Assembly (NCBI GenBank): GCA_001776935.1
Contig: MFDN01000001.1
Span: 101,449 to 165,448, forward strand
Direction: 5' to 3'
From: Candidatus Daviesbacteria bacterium RIFCSPLOWO2_01_FULL_39_23
GTDB lineage: Bacteria > Patescibacteriota > Microgenomatia > Daviesbacterales > UBA10151
Length of the DNA stretch: 64,000 bases
Shown here piece by piece: positions 8,348 to 17,852 of the stretch. The notes under the pieces were generated by a model. That model was not told the DNA's origin and searched no databases. It saw only the letters and a program-made list of their open reading frames with translations. The translations under genes and the position numbers were made by a program. Position 1 is the first letter of the stretch, and each line of letters opens with the position of its first letter.

Positions 8348-10443
8348 TTTACTTTCCAGATTTCTATACTGTTGTTATCAAATAACTTTAAGAAATCTGT
8401 TTTATTAAGGTCTAATTTTGGTCTTAATATTTTTGGAAAATATATGTAATTTATTCCTATTTCTTTTAAAGTTTTATCTAAATTATGCGGATTTTCTATA
8501 TCAATAAAAATTTTTCTTTCCATTTCTAATCTTTTATTTAAATCATAACCCATGATATCAACCTGCTCTGTGTCTGCAATATAAGTTCTTCTTGCAGAAA
8601 ATGCAGATACGTAAGCTGTGTCAAACCAAGCCCAAATAGGAGGTGTAGCAATATTAAGGTTTAGATATTTATCATGTGGTGGAGTAAGAATGACGGTGTT
8701 ATTATCAGTCTTAAGCTTTAGGAAATTTAATGCCTCTATTTCGTCCGAAGTAATTTTTGCAAGAGGAGGTTTATGGTAGAAATCGTAAAGCAGGCCGATT
8801 TGCGTAGGAACGGAAAGCGCTACGATAATAACTATAAAAAGTATCTTTAGGATTTTTAATTTTATTTTATTTTGAATCAGTGAAACAGTAAGCGCAGCTA
8901 AAATTCCGAAAAGCAGCAGGAAGTACTGCAAGAATTGACTTGTATTTCCAGCCACACCTTTTTGTAAAAATAATAAGGGTAAGATTAAAGAAATTATGAT
9001 AATAAATATAATTAACTGAAATAAGTAATTGTTTGATGACTTTTTCAGCAGTTTAACAAGGTGTATAAGGCCTAAAAATTTGGTTCCCAAATTTCCCAAA
9101 AAGAAAATTAAGAATCCGGTTGTTTCTATTTGTAAAACTCTTTTCCAATTTCCCTCAGCGATATATGTTTGCCTTTTAAGTTCCAAATCCAGCCAATTTA
9201 ATCGAGAGGGCGCAACTATCATAGTCCTAATAAACCACCAGGGTTCCCAAATTAAAAATGAGGCGGAATTTTGGGTGTTGGGAATATACAAAATAGCAGA
9301 AAGTAAACTGCTTAAAGCAAACAAGGAAAAAACATTAAATTTCTTTTCCCTAATTATTTGTATTAACCCTACAATGCCCAAGCCGATCAAAATAACCAGA
9401 GCTGCATATACTTTAAATACGGCTAATGTGCCTGCGACTATGAAGCATAGCAGGAATATAACTACATCTTTTTTTGAAAGATAAATATAAAATAAATACA
9501 AAAATAACATAACTAAAATGTTAGAAATAATTTGAGGTGGATTGCCGATAGAGCTTTGAATTTGAGTTGCCCAAAATATACTTTCGCCTCCTATGCTTTG
9601 GTTTTTTATCCATGTTGCGATATAACCAAAACTCCCTGCAAAGTATACAAAAAAGACAGACCAGACACCGCTTGAGTAAGATCCTCCCAATTTTTTTCCT
9701 AACAAGTAAGCTATTGATCCAAGTAACACAGAAAAAATAAAAGGAAAAAATCTAAAATATAAGTCTAAGTTAGAAAATTGGAAGAACTTACTAAATTGGG
9801 CAGGAGCTATATCTGAAAAGAAATGATAATTAACTAATTTTTCTCCTGCAAAAGCAGGATTTTGAAGTGGGTAGCCTTTTTTAATCTCCTCCATTAAGGC
9901 AATATGCCATGCTCCGTCGTGACCATTTGAACTCCAAAAAACTAAATCTTTATTAAAATATGTACCGCTTGGCGCAATCACTGCCATCTGACCGGTTATG
10001 CCCAGTATAAAGACAAAAAATAAAAAAATAAGCTGCTTTTTGGGAAGCAGATCTAAATTTATTCTAAAACCGGAATACCGTGCCGCCTTTTGATCTGAGA
10101 TTTCAGGATCGAAGACTTGTTGCGGTGGTGAATGTTTCAGAGAAGAACTTGCTCGAAGGGATACCCCGCAGTCTGCTGCAGAGTAGTTCATTTTCGATCG
10201 GAATATATTTTTTGTGCAGAATAAACTCATGAGTCCGAATATTGGTATAAGAAGAAAAGAAGCGTTTATTATCAACAGGCCATAAGCCATAAGAGTAAAT
10301 AATACAAATCCAATGATAGTGCCTATTGTAATTTTTTCAAAAAATGTAAGCATTATCTTACTCCTTTGCAAAAGTAAAATCCCGGGCAAGGTAAAAAATA
10401 TCAAAGTAAATAATAAGAAAAGAGTTGGGTATGCAAAGGCCAT
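8344..10443 (-). CDS. GT-C-type membrane glycosyltransferase (family A) carrying a 43-aa in-frame insertion
   Basis: Paralogue of 6341 (LIWEPWWFIRTM, FAGEKLVNYHF); extra hydrophilic segment MNYSAADCG...ARYSGFR is absent from the paralogues. Confidence 0.7.
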   Translation of the reverse strand: MAFAYPTLFLLFTLIFFTLPGILLLQRSKIMLTFFEKITIGTIIGFVLFTLMAYGLLIINASFLLIPIFGLMSLFCTKNIFRSKMNYSAADCGVSLRASSSLKHSPPQQVFDPEISDQKAARYSGFRINLDLLPKKQLIFLFFVFILGITGQMAVIAPSGTYFNKDLVFWSSNGHDGAWHIALMEEIKKGYPLQNPAFAGEKLVNYHFFSDIAPAQFSKFFQFSNLDLYFRFFPFIFSVLLGSIAYLLGKKLGGSYSSGVWSVFFVYFAGSFGYIATWIKNQSIGGESIFWATQIQSSIGNPPQIISNILVMLFLYLFYIYLSKKDVVIFLLCFIVAGTLAVFKVYAALVILIGLGIVGLIQIIREKKFNVFSLFALSSLLSAILYIPNTQNSASFLIWEPWWFIRTMIVAPSRLNWLDLELKRQTYIAEGNWKRVLQIETTGFLIFFLGNLGTKFLGLIHLVKLLKKSSNNYLFQLIIFIIIISLILPLLFLQKGVAGNTSQFLQYFLLLFGILAALTVSLIQNKIKLKILKILFIVIIVALSVPTQIGLLYDFYHKPPLAKITSDEIEALNFLKLKTDNNTVILTPPHDKYLNLNIATPPIWAWFDTAYVSAFSARRTYIADTEQVDIMGYDLNKRLEMERKIFIDIENPHNLDKTLKEIGINYIYFPKILRPKLDLNKTDFLKLFDNNSIEIWKVN
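10063..10191 (+). mobile_element. 129-nt non-autonomous IS200/IS605-type hairpin element, in-frame within the CDS
   Basis: Follows TTAT (10059-62); left end TCTAAAAC..GTTTCAGA stem with an inner hairpin; right end GATA-CCCCGCAG-TCTG-CTGCAGAG-TAGTTCAT; GC-rich relative to its flanks. Confidence 0.7.
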
Positions 10444-10509
10444 ATCTTTTATTTTACATTATCGGAAAAACAAATTCTTACCCGCTGTTATTTTGCATGA
10501 TATACTGGA

Positions 10510-12255
10510 ATGAAGATGAAAAGATTATTTAAGAATGTGCAATCAATGGTGGATAAGAGAGGATTAATATTATCGCTTATTTTATTAGTGTCGTCATTTT
10601 TGAGAGTTTGGAGTCTTGATTTGGTTCCGGTATCATTATTTGGGGACGAGATTGATGTAGGCTATCATGCTTATTCAATTTTAAAAACAGGTAAAGATTA
10701 TTCGGGTAATTTTTTACCCATTCATTTTGAGTCATTAGCAGAGCACAGAACAGCTTTTTTCCCTTATTCTGCAGTACCAACTGTTGCATTATTTGGAATT
10801 TCGGCTTGGGGCGTAAGGCTTCCGGTTGCTATTTTTGGAGTACTGGGTATTTTGGCTTTTTATTTGTTGGTTAAAGAAATAACGAAAAATGAAAAATTAG
10901 GATTATTGGGAGCAGTTTTGCTTGGCATTTCCCCATGGCATATTCATTTTTCCCGGGTCGGTTTTGACGGACCGCAAATGCTTTTCCTATTCACAATAGG
11001 AATTTATTTTTTGCTAACCTCTTTGAGGGGTAAAAATACCCTATGGTTATCCGCAATCTTTCTTGCACTTACTCCGTGGGCTTATAACACGGCTAAATTA
11101 TTTCTTCCTTTAACGATTTTGGCAATTTTGATTATTTGGCGCAATGAACTGATGAAGATACCCCGAAGCCGATTGTTGACTGCCATAATAGTATTTACCA
11201 TAATTTCTCTACCATTTGCGCTTAGCACCCTTTTTGGCGGAGGTTCAGAGAGATTTCAGGGAATATCGATATTCAATGATCCAACCGTTGTACCTCAGAT
11301 GGGCTTTGACAGACAAAATGACTTAAAGGTAAGGGGTAGTAGTAGTTTCTTGCCTTCTATTGCTGATAAGCTATTTCATAATAAACTTACTGCATACTCA
11401 AAAATTTTTACCGATAATTATTTTCAATCTTTTTCTACCCAATTCTTTTTTATAAAAGGGGATGCTCTTAATCCCAGGCAATCTTCCGGTTTTGAGTTTT
11501 TTAAAATCCAATCTATCTTTATGATTGTGGGATTAGTTTTTTTAATAATTTCTCAATTAGATAAGAAGGTCAAAGTCTTTATAATCTTCTGGGTTCTGGC
11601 AGCGCCGATACCTTCTGCTTTGACACAAGGAGGAGGGGATCACGCTACAAGGTTAATTTTAATGCTGCCTGTCTTGGTTATTTTTATTACGTTTGGAATC
11701 TATTACATATATTTCAAAGTTAACAGAAAATTTAAAATCTTTTATATTCTTATTGTTTTAATAAGTTTACTATTAAGTTTTATTTTTTATCAGCATGATT
11801 ATTGGGTGCATTACCCTTGGAAGTCTGAAAGATGGTGGCATGCCGGATATAAAGAGGCAGTAACTTCAGCAGTAAGGAAAGGAGCCGATTACGAGCGGGT
11901 TATTATCAGTTCTGCGGATGAGCCATCGCTAATATTTTTCTTAGGTTGGTCTATGTATCCACCTGAGATTTTTCAATATGAATATAGTTCATATTTATCC
12001 AAAAACAAGAATGCTAATTCAACCTTAAATTTGGGCAAATATATATTCCCTCCCATAGGACAAGGGATAAATCTTTATGAAATGGGTTCAAAATTACCTG
12101 AAAATACTCTTTATCTGGCAACTGCAAAAGAGATTAATTTAAATCTAATTAAAGAACCGGGTAGGGTCCCGTCGGATATACTTTTGATTGATGCAATTTC
12201 ATATCCCTCAGGAGAACCTGCTTTTTACTTATTTGCCAAAAATGAGAAAAATTAA
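10510..12255 (+). CDS. PMT/ArnT-like GT-C glycosyltransferase (family B)
   Basis: P.SL.GDE...GY.AYSILKTGKD..G...P motif after TM1; ISPWHI.FSR; about 11-13 TM; soluble C-terminus. Confidence 0.8.
   Translation: MKMKRLFKNVQSMVDKRGLILSLILLVSSFLRVWSLDLVPVSLFGDEIDVGYHAYSILKTGKDYSGNFLPIHFESLAEHRTAFFPYSAVPTVALFGISAWGVRLPVAIFGVLGILAFYLLVKEITKNEKLGLLGAVLLGISPWHIHFSRVGFDGPQMLFLFTIGIYFLLTSLRGKNTLWLSAIFLALTPWAYNTAKLFLPLTILAILIIWRNELMKIPRSRLLTAIIVFTIISLPFALSTLFGGGSERFQGISIFNDPTVVPQMGFDRQNDLKVRGSSSFLPSIADKLFHNKLTAYSKIFTDNYFQSFSTQFFFIKGDALNPRQSSGFEFFKIQSIFMIVGLVFLIISQLDKKVKVFIIFWVLAAPIPSALTQGGGDHATRLILMLPVLVIFITFGIYYIYFKVNRKFKIFYILIVLISLLLSFIFYQHDYWVHYPWKSERWWHAGYKEAVTSAVRKGADYERVIISSADEPSLIFFLGWSMYPPEIFQYEYSSYLSKNKNANSTLNLGKYIFPPIGQGINLYEMGSKLPENTLYLATAKEINLNLIKEPGRVPSDILLIDAISYPSGEPAFYLFAKNEKN
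10668..10697 (+). repeat. 30-nt exact direct repeat, copy 1 (TGCTTATTCAATTTTAAAAACAGGTAAAGA)
   Basis: Identical to 13539-13568 by direct comparison; lies in the AYSILKTGKD coding motif. Confidence 0.85.
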
Positions 12256-13402
12256 ACAGTATTGTTTCATTATTTTTCTTCTTTCTGTTTTTTGGTTACT
12301 TGTAACATATATACAAAATGTCATATTTCCTGTTCGTTTTCTGCCGCATAACTTCTTCATTTTAGAATTATTAGACAAAAGAGTGGAATTGTTGCCTGGG
12401 TTGCTGTTGATGATGGGGGCGGGCAATATAATTCTATTATGGCTTATTAGCAAGCGATTTTTTTCTTCCCCTTACTATTTTCTCCCTTCGATAATTTATG
12501 CTTTATCACCATGGAGCAGCTATTTGATAGCTGCAGGATCTTTCTATATTTACTTATTATTTTTATTACTCATAATATTCTACGGGTTAATTCTGTTGAA
12601 ATCTGGATGCAGGTTTTGGGGAACAATATTAACAGCAGTCGTAACGGCAATAACTTTGTACAGTTCTTTTTTCCTATTTGTTATCCTACCTGTCTCTTTT
12701 ACAGGGATAGTGATTCTTAAGGTAATCTCTTTTAAAGAATTTAAAAACACAATTATCTTACTTATAATTTTAACCTTTCCTTTATTAATTTATATCTCTG
12801 GAAATTATCCGGGCTTAAGAAATATTTTTTTTAGTGAAATTAATGTAATTTCTGACCCCGGCCTTTTGAATGCTGTTAATAAATACCAAGGTGCTGCCAG
12901 AAGTAAGGGCTTAGGCGGCCTGGCTAAAATCTCAGAGAATAAGTACATATTTTTAACGGAATATCTCTTTTTAAAATATGCAAAGTCTTTTGTTCCTGCA
13001 ACCTACTTTACCCCTGCAGAAAAACTTTTAAATTTCTCATTCAGTCCCCCAATATATTTAGGTTTTCTGATACCCTTTTTATACGGTCTTTACAAATTCT
13101 TGAACCCTTCGATTTTAAGGAAGATATTATTGTTATCAACAGTACTTGTTATTCCTTCGGTATTGGCCAAACCCTTGGTTGATTTAAATCGCCTGGTTCT
13201 TTTTGCACCTGTTGTAATTTTTGTTATTTCTTATGGATATGTCAAAATGATTGAGCAAAAAGAGAAGACAAAATTCTTAATTCTATTGTCGATAGTTATC
13301 ATCGTATTTCAGTTGTTTGTTACCTTTTTTGATATTCAAGCAAGAGAAAGAGATAGGTTTGTAAAATACTTCGATCAAAATTATCAAATAGGTAAACAAT
13401 GA
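12242..13402 (+). CDS. Shortened family-B GT-C paralogue lacking the N-terminal DE loop
   Basis: Keeps ALSPW and ISDPG..N....ENKY motifs but not the DE..GY.AYS loop; ATG 12242 preferred over 12188 because it gives a shorter overlap with the upstream gene. Confidence 0.6.
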   Translation: MRKIKQYCFIIFLLSVFWLLVTYIQNVIFPVRFLPHNFFILELLDKRVELLPGLLLMMGAGNIILLWLISKRFFSSPYYFLPSIIYALSPWSSYLIAAGSFYIYLLFLLLIIFYGLILLKSGCRFWGTILTAVVTAITLYSSFFLFVILPVSFTGIVILKVISFKEFKNTIILLIILTFPLLIYISGNYPGLRNIFFSEINVISDPGLLNAVNKYQGAARSKGLGGLAKISENKYIFLTEYLFLKYAKSFVPATYFTPAEKLLNFSFSPPIYLGFLIPFLYGLYKFLNPSILRKILLLSTVLVIPSVLAKPLVDLNRLVLFAPVVIFVISYGYVKMIEQKEKTKFLILLSIVIIVFQLFVTFFDIQARERDRFVKYFDQNYQIGKQ

Positions 13403-15036
13403 ACAGATTAAAAATATTTAAAAATAAAATTCTTTTATTGATTGTTCTGTTCACACTTTTGGGTGGATTCTTCAGATTCTATATGAATACCGACAATCCG
13501 CCCAGTCTAAATATTGATGAGATATCTTATGGATATAGTGCTTATTCAATTTTAAAAACAGGTAAAGACGAAAACGGAATTTTTATGCCTTTGGTTTTTA
13601 AATCCATAGGAGATTATAAAAACCCTGTTTTAATTTATTCCCTTGTACCGTCCATTGCTATATTTGGACTGAATGAATTTGGAGTAAGGTTTACAACAGC
13701 TTTAGCAGGTACCTTATCCATTCCGGTTTTTTTTCTTCTTCTTAGGACTTTACTCAATAATACACGTATTGCCTTCATAGGCGGTATTTTGCTTTCAGTT
13801 TCTCCTTGGCATATTTATTATTCGCGCTACGCATCAGAGAGCCTTATAGCAACTTTTCTTTTAATGCTGGGAATTTGGTTTTTTTTGAAGATATTCGGGG
13901 GGGAAAAATGGTGGACGGTAGGTGCATCCCTAGCACTAACGTTATCGTTATACACATATCATTCCCATAGGTTATTCATTCCATTGTTTTTAATTTTTGT
14001 GATTTTTGCAAAAATTAAGCTTTTAAGGTCGGTAAAATCAAGCATGTATATATTTATAATTATGACTTTTCTACTAATCATCCCATTGATTATTCTAGTA
14101 ATAATTGGTCCGGCTAATACCAGAGCTAAAATGGTTTTTCTTTCTTTGGATATCGATTTTACAAGATATGTGATACTTGATCACCTGCACAAGCAGGGTG
14201 AGAATTTTCTCCTTTTATTTTTTTGGGTAAAGAGATATCTGAATTATTTCCAACCGGATTTCCTATTTTTTTCAGGATTGAATATGACATTGCCAGGTTC
14301 AATAGGTCTGGGGGTGTTATTCCTTTTTGAACTACCGTGGTTTGTTTTAGGAATTATCAAATTGATTAAAGATAAGATACCAGCCAAATTGATCATTGTT
14401 GCCTGGACTTTATTTGGACTCTTACCAGCTTCCCTTACAAATAATGAGCAGAGCACGGTTAGGAGTCTTTTGGTTCTGCCGGCTTTATTAACAGTTACGG
14501 CACTTGGTGCAGATTTTTTCATTCATTTGGTTTTCTCCATAAGAAACTTATATTTAAGAATTGGCACAATATTAACTTACTCAATTTTTATTGCAGTTTT
14601 GTTAATTCATGCGTTTTTGGTTTTTGTTGTGCATTTCCCCATACAAAGAGGAGAAGATTTTATGGAAGGCACAAAGCAGACAGTAGAGTATGCGCTTTCT
14701 CAAAAAAAGCAATATAAAGAAATCATTTTTGATCCTTACAGGGGAATAGAAGCTCCCTATATAGTGAGCATTCCTCATATGTACATTCTCTTCTATTCGC
14801 AATACGATCCTGCTATTTATCAACAAGAGCAAAAAACTCGGCCGGATGGTTCTTTTGGTTTTGATAATTTTACCGTTCGGAAAATTGATTGGAGGGTAGA
14901 CAAATCTAAAGAAAACACTTTATTTATAGGTAGCCCTTGGAGTTTACCGGAAAACGAACTAAGAGAGGGAGAAATATTGAAAAAGGTGTATCTTGTAAAC
15001 GGAGGCTTGGCATTTTTAATAGTATCCCCAAAGTGA
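13399..15036 (+). CDS. PMT/ArnT-like GT-C glycosyltransferase (family B)
   Basis: PPSLNIDEISYGYSAYSILKTGKDENG...GDYKNP; SPWHIYYSR. Confidence 0.8.
   Translation: MNRLKIFKNKILLLIVLFTLLGGFFRFYMNTDNPPSLNIDEISYGYSAYSILKTGKDENGIFMPLVFKSIGDYKNPVLIYSLVPSIAIFGLNEFGVRFTTALAGTLSIPVFFLLLRTLLNNTRIAFIGGILLSVSPWHIYYSRYASESLIATFLLMLGIWFFLKIFGGEKWWTVGASLALTLSLYTYHSHRLFIPLFLIFVIFAKIKLLRSVKSSMYIFIIMTFLLIIPLIILVIIGPANTRAKMVFLSLDIDFTRYVILDHLHKQGENFLLLFFWVKRYLNYFQPDFLFFSGLNMTLPGSIGLGVLFLFELPWFVLGIIKLIKDKIPAKLIIVAWTLFGLLPASLTNNEQSTVRSLLVLPALLTVTALGADFFIHLVFSIRNLYLRIGTILTYSIFIAVLLIHAFLVFVVHFPIQRGEDFMEGTKQTVEYALSQKKQYKEIIFDPYRGIEAPYIVSIPHMYILFYSQYDPAIYQQEQKTRPDGSFGFDNFTVRKIDWRVDKSKENTLFIGSPWSLPENELREGEILKKVYLVNGGLAFLIVSPK
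13539..13568 (+). repeat. 30-nt exact direct repeat, copy 2
   Basis: Identical to 10668-10697. Confidence 0.85.
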
Positions 15037-15052
15037 TAAGATAGGATTATTC

Positions 15053-15952
15053 ATGAGTTTGAAGATATCAGTAGTAATTAATACTTTAAATAACGAAAAG
15101 GATATAAAACGCGCCTTGGAGAGCGTTAAGTGGGCTGATGAAGTAGTAGTATGTGATATGCATTCAGAGGATCAAACATCCGAGATTGTCAGGAAGATGG
15201 GCGTAAAGATGGTATTCCATAAGCGTCTAGAATATGTTGAACCAGCCAGAAATTTTGCTGTATCCAAAGCTTCCGGTGATTGGGTTTTAATAATAGATCC
15301 TGACGAGGAAGTCCAGGCTAGCTTAGCTGAGAAGCTAATGCAAGTTGCCAATAATATGAAACAAATAAGTTACCTAAGGCTGCCCCGAAAAAACATTATT
15401 TTTGGCAAATGGATGAAAGCATCTATGTGGTGGCCGGATTACAATATAAGGTTTTTTAAAAAAGGGGAAGTAGAATGGACAGATAAGATTCACAGGCAAC
15501 CTAAAGCAAGCGATGAAGGATTAGATTTGCCGGCGGATGAAAAATTTGCAATTATTCATTACCATTATGAGTCGGTATCGCAATATTTGGAAAGAATGTT
15601 TAGGTATACAGGTGTTCAGGCAGATGAATTGAAAAAAAGCGGATGTGTGTTTGATCCTAAAGATTTAATTAGAAAACCACTTGGTGAATTTTTGGGAAGA
15701 TTTTTTGCAAATAAGGGCTTTGAGGATGGTTTACATGGTTTATCTTTAAGTTTGCTTCAGGCATTTTCTGAATTTGTGGTGATTTTGCGCCTTTGGGAAT
15801 TGAGCGGATTTAAGTCACAGGAAATAGATTTAAGGCAATTAAAAGAGATAGGCAGGCAATCAGGAGAAGAAATCGACTATTGGTTTAAATATGGTAATCT
15901 TTCAAAAAATACTTTCAAAAGATTTTTCCAAAAGATTGGAAATAAGCTTTAA
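15053..15952 (+). CDS. GT2 glycosyltransferase (beta-1,4-glucosyltransferase-like)
   Basis: ISVVINTLN.E, DEVVVCDMHSED, RNFA, WVLIIDPDE, WWPDY..R. Confidence 0.85.
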   Translation: MSLKISVVINTLNNEKDIKRALESVKWADEVVVCDMHSEDQTSEIVRKMGVKMVFHKRLEYVEPARNFAVSKASGDWVLIIDPDEEVQASLAEKLMQVANNMKQISYLRLPRKNIIFGKWMKASMWWPDYNIRFFKKGEVEWTDKIHRQPKASDEGLDLPADEKFAIIHYHYESVSQYLERMFRYTGVQADELKKSGCVFDPKDLIRKPLGEFLGRFFANKGFEDGLHGLSLSLLQAFSEFVVILRLWELSGFKSQEIDLRQLKEIGRQSGEEIDYWFKYGNLSKNTFKRFFQKIGNKL

Positions 15953-15954
15953 AT

Positions 15955-16758
15955 ATGTTAACAGTTATTGTTATTACTAAAAACGAAGAAAGTAGAATTA
16001 AAGCCTGTTTGGAATCAGTGAAATTTGCTGATGAGATTATAGTTTGCGATAACGGATCAGAAGATAATACTATTCGTATTGCAGAAAAATATACAGATAA
16101 AATTTTCCAAACAAGGCTACAAGATTTTGCCGAAATAAGGAATTTTGCTACAGAGAAAGCTTCAGGGGAATGGATGCTCTTTGTAGATGCAGACGAAAGG
16201 GTTACGGAGGCTTTAAGGAGCGAAATAGAAACAATGATAAGCTTCTCAGATTTTTCCGCATATGCGCTATCCCGTAAAAATATTGTATTCGGGCAAGAAG
16301 TAAAATACGGGCCTTTTTGGCCGGATTGGGTTATAAGGGTTTTAAAAAGGACTGATTTTCAGATGTGGGTTGGCAAAGTTCATGAGATGCCTCATTTTAG
16401 TGGGAAATTAGGGTATAGCAAAAATTCCCTTTTGCACCTAACTCATAGAGGAGTAGATCAATTTATGAAAAAAGTACTGGATTGGTCTGCAATCGAAGCT
16501 CGATTGCGGTTGGATGCTAATCATCCCAAAATGACTAAATGGCGGTTCGTTAGGATTTTTATAACAGAGTTGCTTAATCAGGGATTCAAAAGGAGAGGTT
16601 TCTTTGGCGGTACAGTGGGGATAATAGATTCGTTCTTGCAGACTTTTCATTTATATATAACTTATGTCAGATTGTGGGAAATGCAGCAACCAAAGTCTCT
16701 TACCCAAACTTATGATGATTTAGATCAGCAATTAATAGATGATAATTTTAAGTACTGA
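15955..16758 (+). CDS. GT2 glycosyltransferase (beta-1,4-glucosyltransferase-like)
   Basis: VIVITKNEE, DEIIVCDNGSEDNT, RNFA, FVDADE, VHE. Confidence 0.85.
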   Translation: MLTVIVITKNEESRIKACLESVKFADEIIVCDNGSEDNTIRIAEKYTDKIFQTRLQDFAEIRNFATEKASGEWMLFVDADERVTEALRSEIETMISFSDFSAYALSRKNIVFGQEVKYGPFWPDWVIRVLKRTDFQMWVGKVHEMPHFSGKLGYSKNSLLHLTHRGVDQFMKKVLDWSAIEARLRLDANHPKMTKWRFVRIFITELLNQGFKRRGFFGGTVGIIDSFLQTFHLYITYVRLWEMQQPKSLTQTYDDLDQQLIDDNFKY

Positions 16759-16778
16759 TACTTTAAGGATTAAAAAAC

Positions 16779-17852
16779 GTGAAGATTGCACTTTATTCCC
16801 CATATTTAGATACTTTTGGAGGTGGAGAAAAATATATGATGACTATTTCGGAAATATTTTCCCAAGATAACGAAGTAGAGGTGCTATTGGATCAACACCT
16901 AGTTGAGACGGGGGCAGATTATTTAAAGGGTAAATTATCCAAAAGGTTTAATTTAAATTTGGGAAAAGTCAGATTTATAAGCGCTCCTGTTGGAAAGAAC
17001 TCTTCTTTTATTGCAAGACTGATTTTTCTTAAAAAATATGATGTATTATTTTATTTAACAGATGGAAGTATTTTTTTACCAACTTCAAAAACCAATATCT
17101 TGCATATTCAATCTCCCCTCAAAGGACAACCCTCTACAAGCATCTGGGGAAAAATTAAGCTTAAGGGCTGGAATACAATTATATATAATTCTGAGTTTAC
17201 CAGAAGGAATTCGGAAGGAAACTGGCCACACTCATCCGTGGTTGTTTATCCGCCGGTTGATACGGACAAAATAAAAGCTCTTCCCAAGAAAAATTATATA
17301 TTATCTGTGGGTAGATTTTTCGGATACTTAAAAGATAAAAAGCATGAGTTACTCATTAAGATATTTAGAAATCTGTATAAAGAAGGTAAGATAAAAAATT
17401 GGAGTCTTCACCTGGTAGGTTCTGCCGGCGAAGGAGATAAAAATTATCTTGATGAATTGAAAGCTTTAGCAGAAGATATGCCGGTAAAATTTTATCCGAA
17501 TTTAGGGTATGATGAATTAATAAGACTGTATGGAGAGTCTTCTGTTTATTGGCACGCAATGGGGTTTGAAGAATCGGATCCTACCAAAATGGAACATTTT
17601 GGGATTTCTACAGTAGAGGCTATGGCAGGCGGTTGCGTGCCAATTGTGATCAATAAAGGGGGACAAAGGGAAATAGTGGAGGATGGTAAATGCGGTTTTT
17701 TGTGGAATAACTTGGATGAATTTCAAGAGTTAACAACTAAAATTATCTTAAATAAGACATTAAGAGATGAATTTTCAAAACAAGCTGGTCAGAAAGCTAA
17801 AGTGTATTCAAAAAAAACATTTGAGGAAAAAATATTGAAGCTTTTAAAATGA
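16779..17852 (+). CDS. GT4 glycosyltransferase (ALG11-like motif set)
   Basis: GGGEKY, NSEFT, VVYPPVD, LSVGRF, EHFGISTVEAMAGG. Confidence 0.85.
   Translation: MKIALYSPYLDTFGGGEKYMMTISEIFSQDNEVEVLLDQHLVETGADYLKGKLSKRFNLNLGKVRFISAPVGKNSSFIARLIFLKKYDVLFYLTDGSIFLPTSKTNILHIQSPLKGQPSTSIWGKIKLKGWNTIIYNSEFTRRNSEGNWPHSSVVVYPPVDTDKIKALPKKNYILSVGRFFGYLKDKKHELLIKIFRNLYKEGKIKNWSLHLVGSAGEGDKNYLDELKALAEDMPVKFYPNLGYDELIRLYGESSVYWHAMGFEESDPTKMEHFGISTVEAMAGGCVPIVINKGGQREIVEDGKCGFLWNNLDEFQELTTKIILNKTLRDEFSKQAGQKAKVYSKKTFEEKILKLLK

Noticed and set aside
10063-10191. Insertion as an intein or self-splicing intron
   Set aside because: Far too short; no C/S...HN intein termini and no group I/II core visible; paired terminal hairpins fit IS200/IS605-type ends better
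12188-12241. Longest-ORF N-terminal extensions (12188, 25027, 27421, 31402, 61853)
   Set aside because: They overlap neighbouring genes or promoter-like sequence and add non-homologous residues; downstream ATGs give typical starts
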